DNA from: an uncultured Candidatus Saccharimonadales bacterium | GTDB lineage: Bacteria > Patescibacteriota > Saccharimonadia > UBA4664 | Direction: 5' to 3' | Assembly (NCBI GenBank): GCA_964467655.1 | Contig: CAYXSN010000009.1 | Location: 85-64,084 of the forward strand | Length of the DNA stretch: 64,000 bases | Shown: one piece after another, positions 45,172-54,827 of the stretch | How the letters are laid out: every line of letters starts with the position of its first letter | Numbering within the stretch: the first letter of the stretch is position 1 | The notes under the pieces: model-generated | What the model was told of the DNA's origin: nothing | Databases searched by the model: none | Seen by the model: only the letters and a program-made list of their open reading frames with translations | Program-made: the position numbers and the translations under genes

Positions 45172-47559
45172 TTACCAGGTGTTGCTTCCGCCGCTGGTGC
45201 CGCTACTACCTGAACCACTCCAGATAGAACTGCCACCCCAGGTACCGCTGCCGGTTCCCGGGATTTCAACGTGAGGGTAGCTCGGTGTTGAGTAGGCTTG
45301 ACGCCTTCTCTCGGCTTCTTGGTCTGCCCGCCGCTGAGCAGCCACCCTCTGACGTTCTGCCTCGGCTGCAGCAGCCGCAGCCTCGGCAGCTTCACGCTGT
45401 CGTCGGATACGCTGGCGCTCAGCCTCGGCCGCCGCTTCACGTTGGCGCTGGATCTCCAGCACTCGCTCGCGCACCGGCCTAAAAGCCTGCTCAGCCAATG
45501 CTGCCGCTCGCTGGGCCGCCTTGATCTTATCGGCCGGCACAGCACCATCATCAGCCACCAGCTGATTGAGATCCTTGAGCGCCTTGTGGGCGGCCTCCAG
45601 AGCCTCCTGATCCTCCGGCCTCACATGACTGCCGTGATCCTGTTGGTATTCGCGGGCGTTAGCCACAGCTGCCTGGGCAGACGTTGCCTCATCGATGGCA
45701 CGCTGTCGCTCACGCTCAGCGACCTGGTGCTCATTCATGACTGCCTTGAAGACCGCGTCGATCCGGAGGTCGGCCTCACGAATCGCGTTAGCTGCTGCCA
45801 GAGGATCAAGCGGTTCCACGTGGCACAGTTGCTCGGCTTCAGCCAGCATTTCGGCGACACTCACCAACTCAGCCTTGTGGGCGTCGCCGGCATCGGTGTC
45901 GAAATCATGCTCGGCTTTCCGTGCTTGCTCGAGGGCCTGTTGGGCCGCCTTCAGCAAGCGGGGTAGATCGGCAGCCGTGTCGTCAAGGCTTGAGGCCAGT
46001 GTCTGAACCGACCGCATCTGCGATTTGACTTCGGCAAGCTGCTTCTCTGCCTGAACCAACTGGCTGTCCGCAGTATCCAGATCGCCGCTAGTGAGACTGG
46101 CGGTCGCTGCTTCTAGCTGCTTCTGAGCATCTGCCAGCAAGGCTGTCGATTTGGCACCGTTACCCTTGAGCTGTTCCCAGGCACTCGGTGCATAGGTAGA
46201 GCTTAGGCGAGTAATGATGCCAGTGGCTTGCTCAATACTAGCCATAGCTTGGGCAGTTATTGGCTGCAATTTCTGCAACTTGGCCGCAATAGCCTCACGC
46301 CGGTCCTTGATCTGCTGTAGTGCAGGCACTAACTGGTCGATCTCAGCATTTGCTAGTTCAAGCAGAATGACGGCAATCACGTCTCTCCCGGCCTGCTTGT
46401 GGTCATTGGCTGTCGCCAAGTCTCCTCGCACTTTGTCCAACTTGGCAGCCAGGTCATCGGGAGTCCAGCCTCCCTTGATCAGATCTTGCACCAAGCCAGC
46501 TGTCGCAACGTAACGGGCCTGAGACGTCAGCAGTTCAGCAGCACACCGGCTGACTCGGGAGTCAAAATCAGATACATGATCAGAGATCTGGTGCGCCGTC
46601 TGCTGCCAGCCAGGCATTCCGGCAGTGAGTACTGGAGCACGAGTGCCCGCTTGTTGCAGACCGGCCGCGGCAGCCTGAAGCTGGTTGAGCCATCCGGGTG
46701 CCAGGGGGTGCTCGTCTCGCGACAGTACTTCGACCCTTCTGATGAGCTCAGTCAAGGTCGACTGCAGTCGAGTAGCATCTGCTAATAGCTGCCGGTGACG
46801 CCGTCGCTCTCGCATCAAGCGAGACACCCTGTCCCATCCGACGGATATCACGGAGAACAGCACGACGATTCCGATTACCCCCAGAATGATCCTGACGAGC
46901 CATTTCAAGGCCGTACCAATCCATGACCAATCAGTCGGTGTCGAGTCTGATCGTGGCGTTTCGGTCACTGGCACTTCGCCGGGAACACCCGCCGGCTCAC
47001 CTGGAATCGGTGTAATCGGATCTGCGCCAACCGGTGCCGGATGCAGTACTTGGTACGACTGCTGCATGGCAGTCGCCATACCTCGAGCAAATTCGCCCTC
47101 TTTGAACAGGGGCGTCATGGTGTTGAGGCGGATACGCTCTTCGGCGCCGCTACCCACCAGAGCCGGACCGAAAGTGTCACCGGCATAGATCGCCAGTTCT
47201 CGGTGGCCAGGGTGGTTGGCGGTATCAAGTGACACCATGAAAAACAGCGAGCTGGCGGCCTGGCGCCCCTGAGCGTCCCGCCAGTTTGGGCAGTCGGCAA
47301 TCGAAGCCGTCAGGGTTGCTCGCAAGCTCTCCCGAACTTTGGGGTATGTTCGCACAACAACGACGGTGCCGGGGGCCAATGTCTCGAGCTGATCGGCCGC
47401 ACTACTAACGGCGGCAATATCGCCTTTGAACAAATTGGCGCCATCGACAATTGTCGAAGTGCATTGAGTCTCGGTCGGTAACGTGCTGATCGCGCTAATT
47501 GCCGGCAACCAGCTCATAGCGGCCATGACCAAAGTGGCCATGAGATGGCGTACTCGCAT
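45172..47559 (-). CDS. TPM-domain (TLP18.3/DUF477-like) membrane protein with ~450-aa coiled-coil region and Gly/Ser-rich C-terminal tail
   Basis: Signal peptide. The TPM-like segment LFKGDIAAVSSAADQLETLAPGTVVVVRTYP. One TM helix. Long heptad-rich Ala/Glu/Arg region. C-terminal GSGSSGTSGG tail. Confidence 0.55.
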   Translation of the reverse strand: MRVRHLMATLVMAAMSWLPAISAISTLPTETQCTSTIVDGANLFKGDIAAVSSAADQLETLAPGTVVVVRTYPKVRESLRATLTASIADCPNWRDAQGRQAASSLFFMVSLDTANHPGHRELAIYAGDTFGPALVGSGAEERIRLNTMTPLFKEGEFARGMATAMQQSYQVLHPAPVGADPITPIPGEPAGVPGEVPVTETPRSDSTPTDWSWIGTALKWLVRIILGVIGIVVLFSVISVGWDRVSRLMRERRRHRQLLADATRLQSTLTELIRRVEVLSRDEHPLAPGWLNQLQAAAAGLQQAGTRAPVLTAGMPGWQQTAHQISDHVSDFDSRVSRCAAELLTSQARYVATAGLVQDLIKGGWTPDDLAAKLDKVRGDLATANDHKQAGRDVIAVILLELANAEIDQLVPALQQIKDRREAIAAKLQKLQPITAQAMASIEQATGIITRLSSTYAPSAWEQLKGNGAKSTALLADAQKQLEAATASLTSGDLDTADSQLVQAEKQLAEVKSQMRSVQTLASSLDDTAADLPRLLKAAQQALEQARKAEHDFDTDAGDAHKAELVSVAEMLAEAEQLCHVEPLDPLAAANAIREADLRIDAVFKAVMNEHQVAERERQRAIDEATSAQAAVANAREYQQDHGSHVRPEDQEALEAAHKALKDLNQLVADDGAVPADKIKAAQRAAALAEQAFRPVRERVLEIQRQREAAAEAERQRIRRQREAAEAAAAAAEAERQRVAAQRRADQEAERRRQAYSTPSYPHVEIPGTGSGTWGGSSIWSGSGSSGTSGGSNTW

Positions 47560-47693
47560 GACGGACTCCCTTCGTGGAAGCTGTGAAGGTTCATAGATCT
47601 GTTATCTTGTTGTGATAACTCGGCATATTCTATAACCATTCAGCTGATATGTCAATCAACATACAAGACCGCCACTGCGCTACAATAGTCCTC

Positions 47694-48905
47694 ATGACAA
47701 ACCCCTCTACCCCGCTTGACCCCATTGATCTCCACCGCCGGCTGCAAGGCAAATTAGCCGTCGTCTCCAAAACGCCACTCACACCCGAAACGTTGGCCGC
47801 CCTCTATACGCCGGGCGTCGGCCAAGTCTCCAGCCGCCTGGCTGAGCATCCCGAAGAAGCCCCTGCCCTGACGCTCAAAGGCCGCAGCGTGGCGGTGGTC
47901 TCCGACGGCTCGGCAGTCTTGGGCCTCGGCAATATTGGCCCTCTGGGGGCGCTACCAGTGATGGAAGGCAAGGCCATTTTATTCAAAGAATTTGGCGGAC
48001 TCGACGCCTGGCCCATCGTCTTAAATACCCAGAACGTCGATGAAATCGTGGCGGCAGTCAAGGCCATTGCCCCAACGTTTGGTGCCATCAATCTCGAAGA
48101 TATCTCGGCTCCCCGTTGCTATGAAGTCGAGGAACGCCTGCAAGCCGAACTCGACATCCCCGTGATGCACGACGACCAGCACGCCACGGCCATTGTGGCG
48201 CTAGCCGGCCTCATCAACGCTGCCAAAGTGGTAAATAAAGACCTCAAGTCTTGCCGCATCGTGGTAGTGGGAGCGGGTGCGGCCGGCAGTGGCCTGTTCA
48301 GGTTACTGGTGGATTACGGTGTTACCGACGTGGTACTCACCGATTCCAAGGGCATCGTCGAGCCCTCTCGCACCAACCTCGATGCTTACAAACAACGGTG
48401 GGCTCAGCTTGGCAATCCCCGCCAACTAGCCGGTGATGTCGCTGTGGCACTCAAGGACGCCGACGTGGTGGTTGGCGTGACAGTACCTGGAGCCTTTACT
48501 ACTGATCACATCAAGAGTATGGCGCCGCGCCCCATTGTGTTCGCCTTGGCCAACCCCACGCCCGAGGTCATGCCGGCCGACGCTCTGGCCGCCGGCGCCG
48601 CCGTGGTGGCCACCGGTCGCTCAGACTTTGCGAACCAGATCAACAATGTTCTCGTGTTTCCAGGACTGTTTCAAGGGCTACTAGCCACCGGCACGCCGGC
48701 AGTTACCACGGCCATCAAACTGCAGGCCGCCCAAGCTCTGGCCGGCTTAGTGCCCGCACCAACTGCCGACCAGATCATTCCTTCGGTGTTTGATCCTCAG
48801 ATTGCCGCTGTCCTCGCCGCCGCTGTGGCAACCGCGACTTCAGCCAACCCTGCAGTCGCCAGGCCCAGCGATACTCACGGGCCCATAGAGCCACGCCGGC
48901 AATAA
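47694..48905 (+). CDS. NAD(P)-dependent malic enzyme (short MaeB-type)
   Basis: YTPGV, VVSDGSAVLGLGNIG, VGAGAAG motifs. ATG 47694 preferred because a TACAAT -10 box lies inside the longer ORF. Confidence 0.85.
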   Translation: MTNPSTPLDPIDLHRRLQGKLAVVSKTPLTPETLAALYTPGVGQVSSRLAEHPEEAPALTLKGRSVAVVSDGSAVLGLGNIGPLGALPVMEGKAILFKEFGGLDAWPIVLNTQNVDEIVAAVKAIAPTFGAINLEDISAPRCYEVEERLQAELDIPVMHDDQHATAIVALAGLINAAKVVNKDLKSCRIVVVGAGAAGSGLFRLLVDYGVTDVVLTDSKGIVEPSRTNLDAYKQRWAQLGNPRQLAGDVAVALKDADVVVGVTVPGAFTTDHIKSMAPRPIVFALANPTPEVMPADALAAGAAVVATGRSDFANQINNVLVFPGLFQGLLATGTPAVTTAIKLQAAQALAGLVPAPTADQIIPSVFDPQIAAVLAAAVATATSANPAVARPSDTHGPIEPRRQ

Positions 48906-49026
48906 TTGTGAGCCAGCCCGGGCCAGGCAAGGCCAGCATAATTACGCCGGCCACCACCAGCAAACCGCCCAGGATACTAACCAAGGTTTTTTCACGCCAC
49001 GAGGATGAGCGGGGGATAAACTCCAT
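48775..49026 (-). CDS. PGPGW-domain small membrane protein
   Basis: LALPGPGWLTIIAGVALW motif. Its 3' end overlaps the malic-enzyme 3' end by ~130 nt in convergent orientation. Confidence 0.5.
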   Translation of the reverse strand: MEFIPRSSSWREKTLVSILGGLLVVAGVIMLALPGPGWLTIIAGVALWAREYRWAWRLQGWLKSRLPQRRRGQRQSEDQTPKE

Positions 49027-49028
49027 GA

Positions 49029-49628
49029 TTGTCTCATTCTACCACGGCAGCTTTACAGGAATACCTCAAAAACAGTACGCTTGCATTCATGAAGTTCATC
49101 AAAAAGTACCCTTTTCTGGTCGTAGCCGTATTACTGGCTGTGACCGCCGGTATATCCTGGAACCAAGCCCGGGTGGAGGCGCGCCAGCTGGCGCTGAGTG
49201 TTGAAGCCGCCGACATAGCAGGTACCGATACCACTGCCAACCGTGCCAACCTCAATACTTTCGTGAATACCCATTCGGCTACCAGTGCCTCATATGATTT
49301 ATCGGCCTCGTACGATCGGGATGCCACCGCCGCAGCTGCAGTAACCACTGCCGCCAAGGCCACTCAGGCCCAAGCCTATGCAGCTGCCCAGGCCGCCTGC
49401 ACCGGTCATACCACATCGATCGCCCAGGCCAAATGTAACCAGGACTACTTAGACACGCATCTTCAGCTCACCCCCACGCCCGCGCCGGTTCCCGACCGTT
49501 CAAAGTATCTCATCAGCCTACACGGGCCGCTGTGGACGACGGATCTCACTGGCGCCCTGTTACTGGGTAGCGCTTGTGCTTTAGCCTTAGGATTGATTAA
49601 AATGCGGCCTAGGAGGCCCCACCGATGA
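49029..49628 (+). CDS. hypothetical secreted/membrane protein (Ala/Thr-rich)
   Basis: ORF with an N-terminal hydrophobic segment and a C-terminal TM helix. Confidence 0.35.
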   Translation: MSHSTTAALQEYLKNSTLAFMKFIKKYPFLVVAVLLAVTAGISWNQARVEARQLALSVEAADIAGTDTTANRANLNTFVNTHSATSASYDLSASYDRDATAAAAVTTAAKATQAQAYAAAQAACTGHTTSIAQAKCNQDYLDTHLQLTPTPAPVPDRSKYLISLHGPLWTTDLTGALLLGSACALALGLIKMRPRRPHR

Positions 49629-50236
49629 GCGCACCATTATCATTTCAAAACCGGTTTCTGGCAATCATTATTCCCACACCAGTCCAATATGCCGTGGCTT
49701 TTATTGTCAGTTGCATCATGCTGGTATTCGCCCACTCGAAAGGCATACTGGAGATGCTCGATATTAATTCAGAGGCCATCACCTCGGTGAACAATCAGTT
49801 CCATGCCATGTTCGATAGTTGGCTGCAATCGCCGATTATTTCACAGCTTGCCGTTATGGCTTTTTGGGCAGCAGTTGGGCTGGTCGCCTATCTGGTCTGT
49901 TGGGCTGCCTATAACGCCCTCATTGAGGCGCGCAACGAGGTAACCCTCAAGACCGCTTATACCAATCGTGGCGGCAACACCAACCCCGCCAAAACCCTGG
50001 GCATCAAGGCTGTAGCAGCCGGCGCGTTGCTGGCCAACCTAGCCTTGTTGCAGGTTGGGATTATGTTCTGGTTTAACTTGTTTGGTCGTTTTAGTACCGA
50101 GCAGTCGTACTTGAGCGTAGTCTGGGCCCTGGTGGCAGTTTTTGGCCTGGCCGCCCAGTTATATCTGGTATTAGCCTGTGTTCAGCTCACATTCACACCC
50201 TGGTATCGAGCCGAGGCATTTACAAACGGCTCTTGA
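49625..50236 (+). CDS. membrane protein, hypothetical
   Basis: Four predicted TM helices. 4-nt overlap with the upstream gene. Confidence 0.4.
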   Translation: MSAPLSFQNRFLAIIIPTPVQYAVAFIVSCIMLVFAHSKGILEMLDINSEAITSVNNQFHAMFDSWLQSPIISQLAVMAFWAAVGLVAYLVCWAAYNALIEARNEVTLKTAYTNRGGNTNPAKTLGIKAVAAGALLANLALLQVGIMFWFNLFGRFSTEQSYLSVVWALVAVFGLAAQLYLVLACVQLTFTPWYRAEAFTNGS

Positions 50237-50304
50237 TAGGTTATTATGCGGCGGTATAGATTAAGCCGCTCCGAAGGCGGAAGAAATAAGTTGGAGCCCC
50301 ATTC

Positions 50305-50610
50305 GTGGCCAAAAAATTGTTCGTCGGCAATCTGCCGTATACTACTACTAGTGAAGACCTGCAGGCGTTCTTCGCCCAGTTCGGCGAAGTCGTCAGCGCT
50401 GATGTAATTATGGACCGGGCAACCCAGCGTTCCAAAGGCTTTGGCTTCGTCCAAATGGCCGATGATGCCGCTGCGGATGCCGCTATTGCTCAATCTGACC
50501 AAGCCGAGCTGGACAACCGCAAGTTGACCATCTCAGAAGCCCGTCCCAAGGCTGAAGGCAACGACCGCCGCTTCGGCGGTGGCCAGCGCGACTACGACCT
50601 AGCTTCGTAA
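50305..50610 (+). CDS. RRM-type RNA-binding protein
   Basis: RNP-2 (LFVGNL) and RNP-1 (KGFGFVQM) motifs. Gly/Arg-rich tail. Confidence 0.85.
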   Translation: MAKKLFVGNLPYTTTSEDLQAFFAQFGEVVSADVIMDRATQRSKGFGFVQMADDAAADAAIAQSDQAELDNRKLTISEARPKAEGNDRRFGGGQRDYDLAS

Positions 50611-50635
50611 GTCAGACTGACTAGTCTGATACCAA

Positions 50636-50664
50636 CCAAAAAAGTCCCGGTCCGGGACTTTTTT
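50636..50664 (+). terminator. rho-independent terminator after the RRM gene
   Basis: AGTCCCGG-t-CCGGGACT hairpin then TTTTTT. An additional TCAGACT-gact-AGTCTGA hairpin lies at 50612-50629. Confidence 0.6.
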
Positions 50665-50685
50665 GATACAAACTCAAGGAGCAGA

Positions 50686-50713
50686 TATAAAAAGAGCCGC
50701 TCTTGCAAGCGGC
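50686..50713 (-). terminator. rho-independent terminator after minus-strand gene 50744-51355
   Basis: GCCGCT-cttgca-AGCGGC hairpin. An A-run on the plus side gives a T-run on the minus strand. Confidence 0.5.
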
Positions 50714-50743
50714 CCTTTCTCGCCCCGTAACTCCCTTGTGGTC

Positions 50744-51355
50744 TTATTTGTTGCCGGCCTCTTTGTAATCAGAGATAGCTTTGGCAACTTTGCCATCATT
50801 CTTGAGATTCTCCCAAAACAAGACTTGGTCGCGGTTGATAAACATGGTATCTTCAGGCCCGTGCAATTCACCGCCCAGCTTAGCCAATGATACTTCTTGG
50901 TTTGAATTGTCGGTTGCCTTACCGTCTTTCGGCTGGACTGTCTGCTGGACTTGCAGGTAGTAAATTTCTTCCAGTTTGACATAGTCGGCGTTCACGTTTT
51001 TGACTTTACCGAAGTAAACCTGGCCGTTGGTGAGGAAGACGGCCTGATACTGCTTAGCCTTCACTGAGCTGCCGGCATTAAAGTAGCCCGCGCTCATGAC
51101 TACCAGCCAAGCCAGCGCAGACAGCGCCAGTAAAACGGCCAAGCCCATCAGGACTTTGGGTAGAACACCTCGGCCAGACCGGCCATTGTGAGAACGCGGA
51201 GCAACTTGTGGTTCAGCAAAAGAATTATCGTTAGCTTGTCGGCGGACATCCATATCTACAGTAACTCCATCTTCATTAGTGCTACCGCCAGCATAGCAAC
51301 TGGGTTCTTGCGTGTCCACCCACTCCCATAATGCCCAGCATGAGGTTATAATCAT
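50744..51355 (-). CDS. membrane-anchored hypothetical protein
   Basis: ORF with one TM helix (VLMGLAVLLALSALAWLVV). Confidence 0.4.
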   Translation of the reverse strand: MIITSCWALWEWVDTQEPSCYAGGSTNEDGVTVDMDVRRQANDNSFAEPQVAPRSHNGRSGRGVLPKVLMGLAVLLALSALAWLVVMSAGYFNAGSSVKAKQYQAVFLTNGQVYFGKVKNVNADYVKLEEIYYLQVQQTVQPKDGKATDNSNQEVSLAKLGGELHGPEDTMFINRDQVLFWENLKNDGKVAKAISDYKEAGNK

Positions 51356-51363
51356 AAGCAGTT

Positions 51364-52179
51364 ATGAACATCATGAAAGCGCTGCTACCCGCCTTCTATC
51401 TGGTGGTGGTCTTGGCCGCCGCACCGGTGAGCGCGAGCTTGTCCCAAGGGTATACCGTCGATAGTGATATCGCAACGGGTAGCTTAGTATCGCTCGATGA
51501 ATCAGGTGCCGGCAAGGTAGTAGTGGCCACTCCTGCCAATGTCAGCCGCCTCTTCGGGGTTGTCGTACCACCTTCCTCAGCTTCGATATCATTATCGGGC
51601 GGCAGTGCCAAACAGGTCCAAGTAGCCACGGCTGGTACTGTCAGCTTGCTCGTGTCAACGGCCGGCGGCGACGTCCATCTAGGTGATTACATTACCATCT
51701 CGCCGATCGCCGGCGTTGGCCAAAAAGTAGGTGCGGAGTCCACCAGGGTGATCGGTACTGCCCAGACCGACTTTACGGCTGACAGTGAGGGTACCACCAA
51801 GCGCGAAATCGAGGACTCAACGGGTAAAAGGGAAGTCACGATCGGCCAGATTCCGGTTGTTATCGCCGTATCAGCCTACACCGCCACCGAAGGCAAACAA
51901 CCCTATGCCATACCCAACTGGTTACAATCGTTGTCAAACAACCTGGCCGGCAAGGCCGTTTCGCCTATCAGGATTATTCTGGCCAGCTTCATCTTGATTG
52001 TGGCTCTGGTGTGTGTGACGGTGCTGCTGTACGCTGCGGTGCGTAATAGCATCATTTCCATCGGCCGCAATCCCTTGTCGCGCGGTTCGGTTCTCAGGGG
52101 ACTACTTCAGGTCATGGCGGTAGTAGTAGGTATATTAATTTCGGCTGGTGTAGCCATGTATTTGGTGATAGCAAGGTAA
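51364..52179 (+). CDS. secreted hypothetical protein with C-terminal two-helix membrane hairpin
   Basis: Signal peptide. Ala/Val/Ser/Gly-rich beta-strand-like body. Two C-terminal TM helices separated by a GRNP turn. Confidence 0.4.
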   Translation: MNIMKALLPAFYLVVVLAAAPVSASLSQGYTVDSDIATGSLVSLDESGAGKVVVATPANVSRLFGVVVPPSSASISLSGGSAKQVQVATAGTVSLLVSTAGGDVHLGDYITISPIAGVGQKVGAESTRVIGTAQTDFTADSEGTTKREIEDSTGKREVTIGQIPVVIAVSAYTATEGKQPYAIPNWLQSLSNNLAGKAVSPIRIILASFILIVALVCVTVLLYAAVRNSIISIGRNPLSRGSVLRGLLQVMAVVVGILISAGVAMYLVIAR

Positions 52180-52186
52180 GGAGTTT

Positions 52187-52786
52187 ATGGATTCAATAGT
52201 CTTAATTAGCCTGGCTGCCTTGATACTAATATTATGTATCGTGATTGTGGCCCAAAGTTTCCGTATGCAGAGACTGCGCCAATCACTCACCAAGAGTGAG
52301 CAAACAGCCCCCAAAGTCACTGTGTCACAGCCGACTGTGGAGCAGCTGCAAGCCAAACTAGCCGCCGCTTACGACGCCGAAATCACCAAAGCTGTCTCGG
52401 CTTTTGGCACCGACTTGCGGGGCACGTCAAAACAACTCAGTGAGGAAGTCTCCCGTCTGACCACGAAGGTCATCGAGGAAGAACTCGAAGCTTATCAGAA
52501 AACTCTGGAAGAAGTCAGACACGTGGCGACCCAGGCTATGAACCAGATTCGGGAGGCAGTCGAACACCAGCGGATCGAGCTGCGCCAAGGCATGGAACAA
52601 GAACTGGCCACAGAACGACAGCACTTGATCGAAAAATTTGATGCCAAAATGGGTGACGTCATTTCCAGCTATATCTCTGAAGCACTGGGTTCGGGAGTCG
52701 ACCTCGGTGCCCAGATGCAGTTTATTCTGACCAGTCTTGAGGCTCACAAAGCCGAAATTAGAAAGGATCTGTCAGATGGCGTATGA
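52187..52786 (+). CDS. atpF: F-type ATP synthase subunit b-like (N-terminal TM, long helix)
   Basis: Single N-terminal TM helix followed by a long charged helix. AAGGAG ribosome-binding site. Directly upstream of delta and alpha. Confidence 0.55.
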   Translation: MDSIVLISLAALILILCIVIVAQSFRMQRLRQSLTKSEQTAPKVTVSQPTVEQLQAKLAAAYDAEITKAVSAFGTDLRGTSKQLSEEVSRLTTKVIEEELEAYQKTLEEVRHVATQAMNQIREAVEHQRIELRQGMEQELATERQHLIEKFDAKMGDVISSYISEALGSGVDLGAQMQFILTSLEAHKAEIRKDLSDGV

Positions 52787-53255
52787 ACTGCCTCCCGAAG
52801 TCTATAGCCCCCATTTGCTGGAGTCGGTCATCTACGACCTCCAACAATATACCGACTGGTACCGGCAGACGCGCGTCCAGCGCCAGGTGGGAGTGACAGT
52901 CTCCAGGCCTGAGCCCGACCATAGTGCCGAAACCGAAGTGGTCATTCGGAGTCATTTTGGCGACCAAACGCCCACCCTGGAGACGCTCGAAGGGCTGTTG
53001 ACTGAGCTCAGGGCTCTCGATTTGCCTCAGATCCACGTCAAATTAGCTGCCATGCCCAATCATGAAGAGCGCCGCGTACTGGTAGCGTGGTTCAGGGCCA
53101 ACGTCGGTCGCACCAGTCTCATCAGTTTTGTGGCCGACAGGAATCTGGGCGGCGGCATCGTGGTACGCACGCCCAACCATGTCTACGATTACACCTGGAA
53201 GCAACAACTGCTGGGCGGCTCCACCAAATTAGCAGGAATTATTCGCAGTGTTTGA
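52776..53255 (+). CDS. atpH: F-type ATP synthase delta (OSCP) subunit
   Basis: C-terminal LGGGIVVRTPNHVYDYTWKQQL resembles the delta C-terminus (lGG..v.ig..v.D.S.k.rL). Position between b and alpha. Confidence 0.6.
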   Translation: MAYELPPEVYSPHLLESVIYDLQQYTDWYRQTRVQRQVGVTVSRPEPDHSAETEVVIRSHFGDQTPTLETLEGLLTELRALDLPQIHVKLAAMPNHEERRVLVAWFRANVGRTSLISFVADRNLGGGIVVRTPNHVYDYTWKQQLLGGSTKLAGIIRSV

Positions 53256-54774
53256 TAACCCCAAATTTGCCAAACTGGTGGCGGCCGGCAATGCCACAGG
53301 TGAAGTGGTGGCGGTCGACAGGTTCATTGTGACGGTTAGGGGGCTGGGAGACATTGCCGTTGGTGCTCTCGTGTACTTCGACAATGGTCATCAAGGTATG
53401 GTCCGGGAGGTCCACCTCGATACCGTCATGGTGCTCAATATGTCCGCCGAAACCATTGCCATCGGCACCCTAGTTGTCTTGGAGGCCCCTGAGCTGGTCA
53501 CGGGGGTTGGCGAGTCGGTTGTTGGCCGGGTGTTGTCGGTTACCGGTCAGCCGCTCGATGGCAAAGGACCCATCACCTTCTCCCGCTTCGACCCCGTCTT
53601 CAAGGTAGCTCCGGGCATCATTGAGCGCCAAGAGCTCAAAGACCCCTTGTCGACAGGAGTTGCTATTGCCGACCAATTATTCCCGCTCGTCAAGGGCCAG
53701 CGTATCGCTATTTTGGGCGACAATAAGGTTGGAAAATCGGCCTTCACCATGCAACTAACTATGGCCCAGGCGGGCACCGATCGGGTTGTTATCCACGTGC
53801 TCATCTCCAAAAGAAAAGCCGATGTCGACAGCCTGATCGCCAAGCTCAACAAGTCGGGCGCCATCGCCTACAGTGTGGTCATTGTGGCTAGCGTGTTCGA
53901 CTCGCTGACACAGAGCTATCTGGCACCGTACATTGGTGCCACCATCGCTGAGTACCTGTGGAACAACGGTAAAGACTGCATTATTATCTACGACGACCTA
54001 TCCAACCACGCCAAGGTCTACCGCGAACTATCGCTGCTCCTCAAAACCTCACCGGGCCGGGCGTCATATCCTGGCGACATGTTCTATGCTCACTCTTCGT
54101 TGCTTGAGCGGGCCGGTCGTCTTGCCAAAAATGGCGCCACCTTAGCCGCCATCCCCGTCGTTCTCACGCCTAATAACGACATTACGGCGCCGTTGCCGAC
54201 AGCCATCATGTCAATCACCGACGGCCAGCTCATCTTTGATACCGAGGCGTTCCGCGCCGGTATCAGGCCGGCCATTTCGGTGGGCTTGAGCGTCTCCCGT
54301 GTCGGTGGTGTCGGCCAAAACAAGCGTCAAAAAGCCCTCACTGCCGGCTTATTCAAAAAACTGGCCGCCTACCGCCAAGCCGCCGAATTCAGCCACTTTG
54401 GGTCTGAGTTGGCTATTGAGTCAAAAGCCGATCTTGAGCTCGGTAAGAAGATCTACGAAGCGCTCAAGCAGCCACCAGACATTGTCTACAGCATCAATGA
54501 GCAGGACCTCATCTTGGGCGTTGTCATGAAAACCGAAGGCAAAATTACCATTAATATCGATAGCCTCAAGCGCAAAGCCAAAGAGCTGGCACCCACTCTC
54601 AACGCCGACTCGGACTGGGACGGCGCCATCGCTAAGCTGCTCTCTGAAGTGACAGTCCAGGCCCCCACAGCACCCCCGCCAGTTCCGGCAGCTCCACCAG
54701 CAGCTGGCTCCCAATCTCCGGCTGCTGCTGTGGCACCGCCCCCAGCCGCCGCGCCCGACAAAAAAGCCAAGTAG
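53248..54774 (+). CDS. atpA: F-type ATP synthase alpha subunit with Pro/Ala-rich C-terminal extension
   Basis: Strong similarity to AtpA throughout, including GQPLDGKGPI and P-loop GDNKVGKS. About 40 extra C-terminal residues (PTAPPPVPAAPPAAG...). Confidence 0.9.
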   Translation: MFDNPKFAKLVAAGNATGEVVAVDRFIVTVRGLGDIAVGALVYFDNGHQGMVREVHLDTVMVLNMSAETIAIGTLVVLEAPELVTGVGESVVGRVLSVTGQPLDGKGPITFSRFDPVFKVAPGIIERQELKDPLSTGVAIADQLFPLVKGQRIAILGDNKVGKSAFTMQLTMAQAGTDRVVIHVLISKRKADVDSLIAKLNKSGAIAYSVVIVASVFDSLTQSYLAPYIGATIAEYLWNNGKDCIIIYDDLSNHAKVYRELSLLLKTSPGRASYPGDMFYAHSSLLERAGRLAKNGATLAAIPVVLTPNNDITAPLPTAIMSITDGQLIFDTEAFRAGIRPAISVGLSVSRVGGVGQNKRQKALTAGLFKKLAAYRQAAEFSHFGSELAIESKADLELGKKIYEALKQPPDIVYSINEQDLILGVVMKTEGKITINIDSLKRKAKELAPTLNADSDWDGAIAKLLSEVTVQAPTAPPPVPAAPPAAGSQSPAAAVAPPPAAAPDKKAK

Positions 54775-54827
54775 CATGCTGCCCGCCCGGCTCATGTATA
54801 ATCATAAGCATAATCAGTTGACCTAGT

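Noticed and set aside
51950-52179. C-terminal two-helix hairpin of ORF 51364-52179 as a possible ATP synthase c-subunit, since the gene sits where atpE would be
   Set aside because: It has no Gly-rich first helix. It has no conserved carboxylate (D/E) in the second helix. It is fused to a ~190-aa secreted domain. It is not a c subunit.
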